In this document: positions 1 through 9,199 of the stretch, piece by piece
How positions within the stretch are numbered: the first letter of the stretch is position 1
Layout of the letters: each line of letters opens with the position of its first letter
From: an uncultured Muribaculaceae bacterium
Lineage (GTDB): Bacteria > Bacillota_I > Bacilli_A > RF39 > UBA660
Direction: 5' to 3'
NCBI GenBank assembly: GCA_964410275.1
Contig: CAYPGI010000001.1
Coordinates: forward strand, 1-34,082
DNA: 34,082 nt
The notes under the pieces: model-generated
Seen by the model: only the letters and a program-made list of their open reading frames with translations
The model's database searches: none
What the model was told of the DNA's origin: nothing
Position numbers and translations under genes: made by a program

Positions 1-764
1 GCTTGTTTAAACATATCACGAACACGGCTTGCACCTACTCCAACAAATAATTCAACAAATTCTGAACCACTTATAAAGTAAAAAGGTACATTAGCTTCAC
101 CCGCTACAGCACGCGCTAATAATGTTTTACCAGTCCCAGGAGGACCAACTAATAATACTCCTTTTGGAATACGTGCACCTAATCTTTGAAATTTCTTCGG
201 ATTTTTTAAGAAATCGATTAATTCTGCAACTTCTTCCTTTTCTTCTTCAAGACCAGCAACATTTTCAAATGTTACTTTCTTGTTTTGATCATTTAATTTA
301 GCTCTACTCTTACCAAAATCCATTGATTTATTAGCGCCACCCATTTGACGACTAATAAAGAAGAATGCTATTCCAACTAATAATACTAGCGGTAAAACAT
401 TTACAACAAATAATAATAATGTTCCAGATTCCGGATCTGAGACTGCTTCAAATTTGAAACCCTTTTCTTCTTGTAAATTTATTAAAACTGTCATTGTTTC
501 TTCAGCTAAAGGCATTCTTAATAAGAATGATTCATTTTCTTTATAATTTTCTAATATACCTCTTACTTCGTAAACACTTGCCCTACTTCTAGGTATAACA
601 GTAATTTCCTCAACTTCTCCTACATTAGCAATCTTTATAAATTCATCATAAGTTAGAATATTTATTTTTTGATTTAAATTATTAATAAAATAAAGTATTC
701 CCATGATAAATAAAAACAAAACTAAGTAAGGTAATAGTCCTCTTCTTACAACTTTTTTATTCAT
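1..764 (-). CDS. ftsH: ATP-dependent zinc metalloprotease FtsH, N-terminal part (gene continues past the left edge of the window)
   Basis: Absent from the ORF track because it is open at the window edge. Reverse translation from the ATG at 764-762 (SD AGGGAGGAAG at 780-771) gives [22 protein letters not shown]..., a TM anchor. It runs into ...[54 protein letters not shown], the AAA+ Walker A and typical FtsH sequence. Confidence 0.93.
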   Translation of the reverse strand, partial: MNKKVVRRGLLPYLVLFLFIMGILYFINNLNQKINILTYDEFIKIANVGEVEEITVIPRSRASVYEVRGILENYKENESFLLRMPLAEETMTVLINLQEEKGFKFEAVSDPESGTLLLFVVNVLPLVLLVGIAFFFISRQMGGANKSMDFGKSRAKLNDQNKKVTFENVAGLEEEKEEVAELIDFLKNPKKFQRLGARIPKGVLLVGPPGTGKTLLARAVAGEANVPFYFISGSEFVELFVGVGASRVRDMFKQ

Positions 765-778
765 TAAATTCTTCCTCC

Positions 779-2104
779 CTAATAATACCTAAGTATTATA
801 TCATACTTTTCCTTTTTTGTTTTATCAAATTTTGATTTTTTCAAACCTGGTAACCAAACAATATTATTATCAGAATCAACTACAATTGGCCACATATCTC
901 TTTCTTTAGTTGCTATTTTAGAGTCTATAAAAATATCATTTATCTTTTTGTGACCTAACATTCCCTTAACATACATCTTATCTCCATTTTTTCTTGTTCT
1001 TACATGTAACGGAAATCTTACTTCATTTTTATTCAATCTACATATAAAATTATCAGTTTGATCACTATCTTCGACCACTTCAATATTCTTGCCATTTGGC
1101 AAATTAATATATTCAATTAGTTCAATTTCATATTCATTAGCACTTTGTTCCATAGCAACTAATACCAAATTATTATATGTTTTTATTGCCTGAATATTAT
1201 TAGGTAAATGAATTTGTACATTCGCTCTCTTAGATTTGATTACACTATGTAATAATTCAGCATGATGATCAGTGATTAACATCAAATCATCTTGGTAAAT
1301 TTGTTCTAACATCGAATAAATTATTTTCATTTGAATAATTGGTTCTTCCTTTAAAAAAAGTTCTATATTTAAGATATTTTGTGGATATACTTTTTTAATG
1401 ATTTTTTTAACTTGTTTATCTATATAATTATTATAATCTAGTAGAGTTTTACTAAATTTATAAAACTTTTGGTGAACATTTGGTTCTTCCTTTTTAAATT
1501 CTGGGACAATATACTTTCTAAAACGATTTCTAGTATATACATCTTTAAAATTAGAATTATCTTGTGCATAACTTAATTTATTTTCTTTAAGATAATCAAA
1601 AATTTCAGCTTTAGTATTTCTAATAAGCGGTCTAAAAATAGTATAGTCTCCCATATCTATTTCTTCTGAGAAACCACTATATCCTCTCAGAGTAGACCCC
1701 CTGACAATGCGCATTAAAATTGTTTCCATTAAATCATCAGCATGATGAGCGGTAAGTAAATACTTTGCATTATATTTCTTCACTATTTGATTAAAGTAGT
1801 TATACCTTTTGCTTCTAGCTTCATTATGAAAGTTATCATCACCATATTCTTCAATAACCATACTTTCAAAAACGACTTGATGATTCATACAAAACTTTTC
1901 CACAAATATTTTTTCGTCATAACTTTCCTTACGCATATTGTGATTAACATGTGCGCAAACAACTTCGATATCTATTGCTTTCTTTAATCTAGACATAATA
2001 TGTAATAAAGCCATTGAATCAGGTCCTCCTGAAACTGCTACTACAATTGTGTCACCATATTTAATTTTATTATTATTTAATAAAGAATCATATACTTCTT
2101 GCAT
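779..2104 (-). CDS. tilS: tRNA(Ile)-lysidine synthase
   Basis: 441-aa ORF. The N-terminal PP-loop [13 protein letters not shown] is followed by a TilS-type substrate and C-terminal domain. SD GGAGG lies upstream. It sits directly upstream of ftsH, as in Bacillus. Confidence 0.9.
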   Translation of the reverse strand: MQEVYDSLLNNNKIKYGDTIVVAVSGGPDSMALLHIMSRLKKAIDIEVVCAHVNHNMRKESYDEKIFVEKFCMNHQVVFESMVIEEYGDDNFHNEARSKRYNYFNQIVKKYNAKYLLTAHHADDLMETILMRIVRGSTLRGYSGFSEEIDMGDYTIFRPLIRNTKAEIFDYLKENKLSYAQDNSNFKDVYTRNRFRKYIVPEFKKEEPNVHQKFYKFSKTLLDYNNYIDKQVKKIIKKVYPQNILNIELFLKEEPIIQMKIIYSMLEQIYQDDLMLITDHHAELLHSVIKSKRANVQIHLPNNIQAIKTYNNLVLVAMEQSANEYEIELIEYINLPNGKNIEVVEDSDQTDNFICRLNKNEVRFPLHVRTRKNGDKMYVKGMLGHKKINDIFIDSKIATKERDMWPIVVDSDNNIVWLPGLKKSKFDKTKKEKYDIILRYY

Positions 2105-2114
2105 ATTATTCCTC

Positions 2115-2765
2115 CTACCAATTTATTTTTTCCATATTATTTTTTTCTAAAAAGGTATTTATTTTAGAGAATGGTTTACTTCCAAAGAATCCACGATGTG
2201 CAGATAAAGGTGAAGGATGAACGCTCTCTAGTATTAAGTGTTTTTTATTTGTAATTAATTCTTTTTTGCTTCGAGCATAACTTCCCCATAAAACAAAAAC
2301 AATTGGTTTATCTCTCTCATTTAATTTTTTAATGATACTATCAGTAAATTGTTCCCAACCAATTCCTCGATGTGATAACGGTTTATCTTCTTCAACAGTC
2401 ATTATTGCATTAAGTAGGAATACGCCTTGTCTTGCCCACGATTCTAAACTATTACCTTCTTTTTTAATTCCTAAATCCGTTTCTAATTCTTTAAAAATAT
2501 TTGTTAATGAAGGTGGTCTTTTGACTTTGTCATTAACAGAAAATGCTAAACCATGTGCTTGATTGACACCATGATATGGATCTTGCCCTAGTATAACAAC
2601 TTTTACTTCATCATAATCGGTATATTTTAAGGCGTTAAAAACATTATTGGATTCTGGAAAAATAATTTTATTTTTATACATTTCTTTTATATTATTTCCC
2701 AAATCTTTAAAATAAGTTTTACTCGTTTCTTCCTTTAAAACTTCATTCCAACCTTTGTTTATCAT
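2115..2765 (-). CDS. ung: uracil-DNA glycosylase (family 1)
   Basis: 216-aa ORF with the catalytic water-activating loop ILGQDPYH and the C-terminal HPSPLS motif. The stop codon overlaps the tilS SD. Confidence 0.93.
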   Translation of the reverse strand: MINKGWNEVLKEETSKTYFKDLGNNIKEMYKNKIIFPESNNVFNALKYTDYDEVKVVILGQDPYHGVNQAHGLAFSVNDKVKRPPSLTNIFKELETDLGIKKEGNSLESWARQGVFLLNAIMTVEEDKPLSHRGIGWEQFTDSIIKKLNERDKPIVFVLWGSYARSKKELITNKKHLILESVHPSPLSAHRGFFGSKPFSKINTFLEKNNMEKINW

Positions 2766-2865
2766 TATATCACACCTTAATAATATTCTATCATATTTTG
2801 ATATACTTCAAACTTATTATTCAATAATTTTTTTCTTTCTCCTTTTACTTTACAAAAAAAAGTGA

Positions 2866-3699
2866 CTAATCACTTAATTTGTTTGCTAAATCAACAAATA
2901 CATCTATTGGTATTTGTTCAGCTCTAGAACTCAAACTATAATTATGAGAAATCAATATTTCTTCTATTTTATTTAAATCATAATTACTTAAATTATTTCT
3001 AATAGTTTTCCTTTTTTGTTTAAAACTATCTTTTATTAATTTAAAGAAAAATGTTTTGTTTTCTAGAGGTAAATGCTCCTTTTTCTTAATAAATTCTAAA
3101 ACTATACTATCTACATTTGGTTTAGGAATAAAAACATTTTTACTAACATCCATGATTTTTCTAATATCAAAGTAATAATTTAGAAAAATAGTTAATGAAT
3201 TATATTCCTTTGTACCAACATTTGCCTTAAAACGATCTCCCACTTCTTTTTGTACCATAACTACAATCTTATCAACATCTATCTCGTCTTCAATAAATTT
3301 AACAATAATAGGAGTTGTAATATAATATGGTAAATTAGCTACTACATATAATTTATCATATTTATACTCAGTTAATTTTTTCTTTAAGGGAGCTTTTAAG
3401 AAATCTTCAAAAACAACTTCTATGTTGTTTAAATCTTGCAAATTAGTTTCTAAAATATTTTTTAATCTAGTATCAATTTCATAACATAGTACCTTTTTAG
3501 CAACAGTAGCTAGTTTATATGTAAGAGAACCTGCTCCTGGGCCTATCTCAATAACTAATGCCGAATCATCAATGTTACTTTTGTTAACAATATTATTTAT
3601 AATATTTTCGTCTATAATAAAATTTTGACCAAACCCTTTTTTAAAAGCAAAATTATTGTTTTTTAATAATTGTTGCATCTTATTTGGTGAATATTCCAT
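2866..3699 (-). CDS. rsmA: 16S rRNA (adenine1518/1519-N6)-dimethyltransferase
   Basis: 277-aa ORF. It has FGQNFI near the N-terminus, the SAM motif VIEIGPGAGSLT and the NLPYYITTPII motif, all typical of KsgA/RsmA. Confidence 0.92.
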   Translation of the reverse strand: MEYSPNKMQQLLKNNNFAFKKGFGQNFIIDENIINNIVNKSNIDDSALVIEIGPGAGSLTYKLATVAKKVLCYEIDTRLKNILETNLQDLNNIEVVFEDFLKAPLKKKLTEYKYDKLYVVANLPYYITTPIIVKFIEDEIDVDKIVVMVQKEVGDRFKANVGTKEYNSLTIFLNYYFDIRKIMDVSKNVFIPKPNVDSIVLEFIKKKEHLPLENKTFFFKLIKDSFKQKRKTIRNNLSNYDLNKIEEILISHNYSLSSRAEQIPIDVFVDLANKLSD

Positions 3700-3708
3700 A
3701 AAATCTTC

Positions 3709-4485
3709 CTATTCTACAACAAAAGGTTTTTCAATTGTCCCGTTGCCACTTAATTTTAATCCGCTTTTTAGATAAAATACTGGTTCAATTTTAAAATTAG
3801 TATAATTACTTCCTTCTATAACTGAAAACCCAGTCGAATAATTTATTGTCCAATTTCCTTTATCACTATGCCCATTTAATGTCCAACTAAAGCCATCATC
3901 ATATATATAACTATTTGGACACCCCTTGTTATTCATTAAACACTCAACATTTAATAAACTTGATGAATAATCACTTAAAGTTAATAAACCAATATAATCT
4001 TCTTTTTTCTTTTTTTCTTCATTTTCTCTTAATAATTCAAACTTGCCAACTAATACTCTTTCATATATTTCTTTTGATATTTGGCCTATTTCCCAATCGT
4101 GGGAAATAATTAATGATCTTGATTTCTTACTTAAAGTATTATAATAATTATCATTCAAATACGTTCTTAAAGATGAATCTTCCCAATTGTTTTTATTATC
4201 AATATCAAACGGAATATCTTCTTTCAAATTTATATTTGGAGCTTTTATTTTTATAGTGCCGTCTTTCATAAAAGAAATAATCCTTAGCAATTGATCATTA
4301 AATTTAATATAATTATTAGGGTTTTTACCACGATAAATATATCTATCCCCTACTAAGTACAAACCATCTGTTTTATTACCTGTTTGAATAGGTATATTAA
4401 GTTTTTTTACTACAAGTCTTTCTCCTTTTGACATACATCCTGTTAATAAAACTAAAATAAAACTAACTACAATAAAACGTTTCAT
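3709..4485 (-). CDS. putative lipoprotein of unknown function
   Basis: The track ORF is 3709..4524. I prefer the internal ATG at 4485 because AAAGGAG lies 7 nt upstream. The product then starts MKRFIVVSFILVLLTGC, a signal peptide with lipobox LTGC. I recognise no family with confidence. Confidence 0.7.
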   Translation of the reverse strand: MKRFIVVSFILVLLTGCMSKGERLVVKKLNIPIQTGNKTDGLYLVGDRYIYRGKNPNNYIKFNDQLLRIISFMKDGTIKIKAPNINLKEDIPFDIDNKNNWEDSSLRTYLNDNYYNTLSKKSRSLIISHDWEIGQISKEIYERVLVGKFELLRENEEKKKKEDYIGLLTLSDYSSSLLNVECLMNNKGCPNSYIYDDGFSWTLNGHSDKGNWTINYSTGFSVIEGSNYTNFKIEPVFYLKSGLKLSGNGTIEKPFVVE

Positions 4486-4511
4486 AATAACTCCTTTAAT
4501 AAAAAAGGGTT

Positions 4512-5195
4512 TTACCAACCCCATCTTTTTACACTAAAATTTGTATTCTTATTTGTTGCGACCTTTAAATCCTTTTCACTTTCATATGCCAAATCAATAA
4601 GAAGCCACTCATTATCATAAGCATTTTTCATACCACTACCAGTATCCATTACAATTCCAATAACACTACCTAAATCATTATTTTTTAATTCAATAATTGT
4701 TCCACATGGAAATGCACGGTGATCAGCAGCCAAGATTCTTACTTTGTTAAAATCCTTATCTTCATAATAAATACCATCATTTATTAAATTATGATATGTA
4801 TTATCTGGTTTTCTACAGTATGTTATTCCTGTACACCCTTTACAATCTGGACCATAAGCTGTAACAGTTCCAAAATATTCACCATATTGGCCAGTTCCTA
4901 CTTCGATGACTTCATCTACTTTTTGTTTTATGACCAACAAATTATTTCCCAACTCATCTTGATGAACTAAACCATCTTCACCTTTAACTAAAACATTAGT
5001 TATATTAGAAGGTATTTTAAAATTATTTTGATAAATTGTATCGTATTTAACAACTGTATTAACAAAGTTTAAACTTTTACTATTATTATTGTTTTTAATA
5101 TCATAATTAAAAATGGTATTACCACCGATAGAAATGATACTGATAATTAATAAATGAAACCATTTAGCTACAATTTGTAGCAAATATATATTCAT
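4512..5195 (-). CDS. membrane-anchored 3D-domain protein (YabE-like, RlpA/MltA-type barrel; putative cell-wall-binding protein or hydrolase)
   Basis: The track ORF starts at a GTG at 5204. The ATG at 5195 has GAGGTGG 5 nt upstream. The N-terminal TM segment is MNIYLLQIVAKWFHLLIISIISIGG. The C-terminus (VTAYGPDC..., ILAADHRAFPCGTIIEL, GIVMDTGSG...LIDL) resembles the 3D domain. The position between tatD and ksgA matches B. subtilis yabE. Confidence 0.75.
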   Translation of the reverse strand: MNIYLLQIVAKWFHLLIISIISIGGNTIFNYDIKNNNNSKSLNFVNTVVKYDTIYQNNFKIPSNITNVLVKGEDGLVHQDELGNNLLVIKQKVDEVIEVGTGQYGEYFGTVTAYGPDCKGCTGITYCRKPDNTYHNLINDGIYYEDKDFNKVRILAADHRAFPCGTIIELKNNDLGSVIGIVMDTGSGMKNAYDNEWLLIDLAYESEKDLKVATNKNTNFSVKRWGW

Positions 5196-5231
5196 CAAAT
5201 CCACCTCTTAGATTATTGTCACAACAAAATT

Positions 5232-5996
5232 CTAACATAAATCGAGATGTAAGTCAAATTGACGACAAGCATTTTCAGTTGTTTCACTGAATACCTTTTC
5301 TAAGGAAATCCCTTTAATTTCCGCTATTTTTTGGGCAATATATATAATATTATAAGGCTCATTTAACTTTCCTCTTAAAGGTTCTGGTGATAAATAAGGA
5401 CTATCTGTTTCAAGTAACAAGTATCTAATATCTATTTTATCAACTATTTCTTTTAACTTAGTACTATTTTTGAAAGTTAATACCCCACCAATACCTAACA
5501 TAGCACCAATTTCTATAAAATCATAAGCCATTTCTAAGCTATAGCTATAGCAGTGAATAACCATTTTTCTACCATAAAAATGTTCTTTTAATATATTATA
5601 TGTTTCATTCGCAGAATCACGACTATGCACAACTACTGTTTTATTATATTTTTTCGCTATCTCTAATTGCTTTATAAATATATCTATTTGTTTTGCTTTA
5701 TTTTCCTTTGTCCAATAAAAATCTAATCCTATTTCTCCAACAGCAATTATTTTTGGATTATTTATATTTTCTTCAATAAATTTTATATCATCGTCGGTAA
5801 TATTATTTACTTCTTCAGGGTGAATACCTAAAGTTCCATATACATTATCGTACTTTCTTATTAATGATAGTGCTTCTTTATTATTTTTAGAGTTCGATCC
5901 ACTCACAAAAATAAGATTATTTTCCATCTTTTTAATTATTTCGTCTATATTATTATAATCATCAATTGATATATGTGCGTGTGTATCAATCATCAT
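5232..5996 (-). CDS. tatD: TatD-family metal-dependent hydrolase/DNase
   Basis: The ORF has the N-terminal IDTHAHI motif, then HPE, EIGLD, HSRD and ETDSPYL motifs. The likely start is the ATG at 5996, with AGGTGAT just upstream. The track start at 6005 is a GTG lying inside that SD. Confidence 0.9.
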   Translation of the reverse strand: MMIDTHAHISIDDYNNIDEIIKKMENNLIFVSGSNSKNNKEALSLIRKYDNVYGTLGIHPEEVNNITDDDIKFIEENINNPKIIAVGEIGLDFYWTKENKAKQIDIFIKQLEIAKKYNKTVVVHSRDSANETYNILKEHFYGRKMVIHCYSYSLEMAYDFIEIGAMLGIGGVLTFKNSTKLKEIVDKIDIRYLLLETDSPYLSPEPLRGKLNEPYNIIYIAQKIAEIKGISLEKVFSETTENACRQFDLHLDLC

Positions 5997-6038
5997 AAAT
6001 ATCACCTAAAAAGATTATATCACATTGACATAATCTTT

Positions 6039-6206
6039 TTAAGTTCTTTTTAAATACATAAATTTGGTAAGATAAAAACTCGCTACAAGCAAATACAAGA
6101 TGTCTACAATATTTATCTTGATTACCAGATTTCCTATAATCAAAAGAAATATGGCTAAAAAAACCAATAATACCTTCCTAACTCGCTTATCTTTTATAGG
6201 TAGCAC
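6039..6206 (-). CDS. hypothetical 55-aa small membrane protein (not in the ORF track)
   Basis: A GTG start at 6206-6204 is preceded by AAGGAG (6219-6214) at 7-nt spacing. The translation is (M)LPIKDKRVRKVLLVFLAIFLLIIGNLVIKINIVDILYLLVASFYLTKFMYLKRT*, with two hydrophobic segments. I recognise no homology. It fills an otherwise empty 320-bp spacer. Confidence 0.35.
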   Translation of the reverse strand: MLPIKDKRVRKVLLVFLAIFLLIIGNLVIKINIVDILYLLVASFYLTKFMYLKRT

Positions 6207-6326
6207 AAGGATTCTCCTTACTCTAAAGTTTTACAACAACATTAATATATCATTTCAAGGATGAAAAAGGCAAATGTTTTTTATCTTTTTTGTGTGACAT
6301 TTTACAACATTTTACAATAAAATCAC

Positions 6327-7877
6327 TTATTCTTCGATATTTAATTTTTTTAGAACTTCTTCTTTATCAATTCTAGCAAATAATGGTTTTGCTTCTTTTA
6401 ATTTTGTTTTTTCTTCTAAGCATCCAAATTTTAATTCTTTATTAGTAGTATTTAATTGTTCTAATATTTTATTTGAAGTATCAGGTAAGAATGGTTCTAG
6501 CAAGACTGCGCCAATTCTTATAGATTCTAAAATATTGTATAAAACAGTTTTCAAACGATCTTGTTTTGTTTCATCATGAGCTAATATCCAAGGTGTTGTC
6601 TCATCTATATATTTATTACTTCTTCTAAATATTTCAAATATTTCATCAATTGCATCTGCTATTCTGAGATTGTTCATTTTACTATCTACTTTATCAGGAA
6701 CATTATTAACTAAATTAATTAATTCGTCATCTATTCCTTCACTAATCTTTGGATTAGTTACAATCCCATCAAAGTATTTATGAGTCATAGCTATGGTTCG
6801 ATTAACTAAATTTCCTAGCACATTAGCTAAATCACCATTTATTCTCTCAATTAGTAATTCGTTAGTAAAATTACCATCACTAGCAAACGGCATTTCATGT
6901 AACATATAATATCTGACTGCATCTACCCCAAAAACATCAACTAATTTATCTGCATACACAATATTTCCTTTACTCTTACTCATCTTATCATCACTAAACA
7001 GCATCCATGGATGACCAAATATTTTCTTAGGTAAAGGTAAATCTAAAGCCATTAACATGATTGGCCAATAAATAGTATGAAATCTTAAAATATCCTTCCC
7101 TATTAAATGTACATCAGCAGGCCAATATTTTTTAAACTCTTCACTATGATTACCATCAGGATCATAGCCAAGAAAAGTAATATAATTACTTAAAGCATCA
7201 ATCCATACATAAATAACATGCTTCTCATCAAATGATACTGGAACTCCCCATTTGAAAGAAGTTCTAGAAACACATAAATCTTGAATACCTGGTTTAATAA
7301 AATTATTAATTATTTCATTCTTTCTACTTTCAGGTTCAATAAAATCAGGATGTTCGTTGATATAGTCTTCTAATCTTTTGGTGTATTTACTTAATTTTAA
7401 AAAATAAGCTTCTTCACATGCTCCACACACATTTCTTCCACAATCAGGACATACATTATCAACTAGTTGTGATTCTGTATAAAAGGATTCACAAGGTGTA
7501 CAATATAAACCTTCATATTTCCCAAGATAAATATCACCTTGATCATACAATTTTTTAAAAATTTTAGATACTTTTTCCATATGAGTAGGATCTGTTGTTC
7601 TAACAAAACGATCATAACTTGTATTCATAATATCCCAAATATTTTTAACTTCTTTTGCTTTTTCATCAACATATACTTTAGTGTCTTGATTATTTTTTCT
7701 TGCATACTCTTCAATCTTTTGACCATGTTCATCAGTCCCTGTTTGAAAATATACATCATAACCTTTAGCTCTTTTATAACGTGCTACTGCATCCGCTAAA
7801 ACAATCTCATAAGTATTTCCTATATGAGGTTTTGCAGACGTATAAGCAATTGCTGTTGATATATAATATTTTTCCAT
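6327..7877 (-). CDS. metG: methionine--tRNA ligase (short form without the C-terminal tRNA-binding domain)
   Basis: 516-aa ORF with class I motifs PHIGNTY (HIGH) and KMSKSKGN (KMSKS), plus a Cys-rich knuckle (CTPCE...CPDCGR). The SD AAAGGAG lies inside the 3' end of dut. Confidence 0.95.
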   Translation of the reverse strand: MEKYYISTAIAYTSAKPHIGNTYEIVLADAVARYKRAKGYDVYFQTGTDEHGQKIEEYARKNNQDTKVYVDEKAKEVKNIWDIMNTSYDRFVRTTDPTHMEKVSKIFKKLYDQGDIYLGKYEGLYCTPCESFYTESQLVDNVCPDCGRNVCGACEEAYFLKLSKYTKRLEDYINEHPDFIEPESRKNEIINNFIKPGIQDLCVSRTSFKWGVPVSFDEKHVIYVWIDALSNYITFLGYDPDGNHSEEFKKYWPADVHLIGKDILRFHTIYWPIMLMALDLPLPKKIFGHPWMLFSDDKMSKSKGNIVYADKLVDVFGVDAVRYYMLHEMPFASDGNFTNELLIERINGDLANVLGNLVNRTIAMTHKYFDGIVTNPKISEGIDDELINLVNNVPDKVDSKMNNLRIADAIDEIFEIFRRSNKYIDETTPWILAHDETKQDRLKTVLYNILESIRIGAVLLEPFLPDTSNKILEQLNTTNKELKFGCLEEKTKLKEAKPLFARIDKEEVLKKLNIEE

Positions 7878-8363
7878 CTAATCATCTCCTTTATTGGTGC
7901 TTCCTAATCCACCAATTCTTTCATTCTCTATTTCATTTTCATTATCAACTATCAAAAAATTAGTAAAAACGCCTTGAGCATACTTGTCATTTTTTTTAAC
8001 AACATAATCTTCTGTTCCCTCGTTTTGTAAAGCAATCCACATATGACCTTCATTATTTGGATTATTATAATAATCGCTTTCTATAATTCCTACTTGATTG
8101 CACATTCGTATATTATACTTAAATCCCATACTACTTCTAACCAACAACATTAACATTTCACTTTGTCCCATTGAAACTTTTACTCCTGTTGGAATAATAA
8201 TTCTTTCTCCTGGTTTAATAGTAAAACCTTCAATTGCTTTAAAGTCATAACCAGCACTATACTTTGTTGATCTGGCTGGCAATTCATAACTATCATATAA
8301 TAAATGATCGTCTTTTATGTCTTTTTTAAATTGATCAAAAGTAATTTTTTCAAATATTCTCAT
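7878..8363 (-). CDS. dut: dUTP diphosphatase (trimeric dUTPase, YncF/YosS-like)
   Basis: Motifs ARSTKYSAGYD, GIIESDYY and RIGGLGSTN are present. The preferred start is the ATG at 8363, with GAAAGGTGGG upstream; the track start at 8381 lies inside the T-box terminator tail. The TAG stop abuts the metG ATG (7878/7877). Confidence 0.88.
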   Translation of the reverse strand: MRIFEKITFDQFKKDIKDDHLLYDSYELPARSTKYSAGYDFKAIEGFTIKPGERIIIPTGVKVSMGQSEMLMLLVRSSMGFKYNIRMCNQVGIIESDYYNNPNNEGHMWIALQNEGTEDYVVKKNDKYAQGVFTNFLIVDNENEIENERIGGLGSTNKGDD

Positions 8364-8379
8364 ATATTTCCCACCTTTC

Positions 8380-8599
8380 AAAAAAAATCACATCCAATTA
8401 AGGACGTGATTACGCGGTACCACCTTATTTTATAACTATTGTTATACACTTGAGTAACTTAACGCATTAATACGGCTTAATCTACATATCGATTAAACGA
8501 TTCAGGAGCCATTAAAATAATCAATCAATACTTATTTCCACCAACAAAGCTCTCTTTATTTGATTAAATTACTTCTCTTTCCATCAAAATCTTTAAATT
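8380..8599 (-). promoter_or_regulatory. T-box riboswitch leader, probable Met (AUG) specifier, with intrinsic terminator
   Basis: All elements are on the minus strand. The T-box sequence AAGGTGGTACCGCG lies at 8426-8413. The terminator stem is AATCACGTCC/GGATGTGATT (8411-8386) followed by U8 (8387-8380). Stem I carries the AG bulge and distal loop AGAGAGC...TGGTGGAAA and K-turn-like GA motifs. An AUG at 8512-8510 sits on the 3' side of the putative specifier loop and is followed by a purine. Confidence 0.85.
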
Positions 8600-8605
8600 G
8601 AATGT

Positions 8606-8634
8606 ATTATAGCATATTAATTTTTATTCTTCAA
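8606..8634 (-). promoter_or_regulatory. sigma-A type promoter for the T-box/dut/metG transcript
   Basis: Minus strand: TTGAAG (8634-8629), a 17-nt spacer, then TATAAT (8611-8606), preceded by TGC (extended -10, TGnTATAAT). The -35 element sits just downstream of the spoVT stop codon. Confidence 0.65.
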
Positions 8635-9154
8635 GATATTTACTTAAAAAGTTTGAAACTATTTGAATAATTTTATAATCTTCTTCACTTATTGTATCAA
8701 CTTCATCAAAAATAATTACTAACCCAGCACTATCTCCGTTGACAATAATTGTACTAATTGCATAAGTTCCTTCAAGTTCAACTCCATCGATTATTTCTAT
8801 TTTTTTGCTATATTTTTCATGAATATTTTCTCTTCTTTCAATAAACTTGTTTAATTGTTCACTGACTTCTTGATTTAAATATTCTTTTCTAAATGACCCA
8901 CTTACAGCAATAATACTATCTCTGTTAGTTATAATTATATTCTTTTTCAAATATGAATAAATACCATCGGTAAAACTTTGCGCAAAATCTTCTGTTTTTT
9001 TCATCAAAGAATATTTTCTCAACACTATGCTTTTATCATCTATACTTATTTCTAAGTTTTCTCCGTCCTTTATTCTCAGACTTTTTCTTATTTCTTTTGG
9101 TATAACAATTCTTCCCAGTTCATCTATTCTTCTTACGATTCCTGTTGTTTTCAT
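8624..9154 (-). CDS. spoVT: stage V sporulation protein T (AbrB-type N-domain plus GAF-like C-domain transcription factor)
   Basis: The 176-aa ORF starts MKTTGIVRRIDELGRIVIPKEIRKSLRIKDGENLEI, which is near-identical in pattern to the B. subtilis SpoVT/AbrB swapped-hairpin domain. Its length, the C-terminal NGDSAGLVIIF segment and its position directly after mfd match SpoVT rather than AbrB. Confidence 0.85.
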   Translation of the reverse strand: MKTTGIVRRIDELGRIVIPKEIRKSLRIKDGENLEISIDDKSIVLRKYSLMKKTEDFAQSFTDGIYSYLKKNIIITNRDSIIAVSGSFRKEYLNQEVSEQLNKFIERRENIHEKYSKKIEIIDGVELEGTYAISTIIVNGDSAGLVIIFDEVDTISEEDYKIIQIVSNFLSKYLEE

Positions 9155-9170
9155 TTTTACCTCCTATAAA

Positions 9171-9199
9171 TATTTTGTCTATTAAGGGGGAATTTATAC
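9171..9199 (-). promoter_or_regulatory. candidate forespore (sigma-G/sigma-F type) promoter upstream of spoVT
   Basis: Minus strand: GTATA (9199-9195), a 17-nt spacer, then CAAAATA (9177-9171). I compared this with the sigma-G consensus as I recall it, GHATR-N17/18-CATNNTA. This is a pattern match in AT-rich DNA only. Confidence 0.3.

Noticed and set aside
2766-2865. An SD-like AAAAGGAGAAAG on the minus strand in the rsmA-ung spacer, followed by a possible 15-codon TTG ORF. A 6-bp hairpin AAGTGA-ttag-TCACTT with a T8 tail lies at the rsmA stop.
   Set aside because: The SD-to-TTG spacing is about 14 nt, which is too long, and the peptide is tiny with no features. The hairpin may be a weak rsmA terminator, but a 6-bp AT-rich stem is too marginal to list as a feature.
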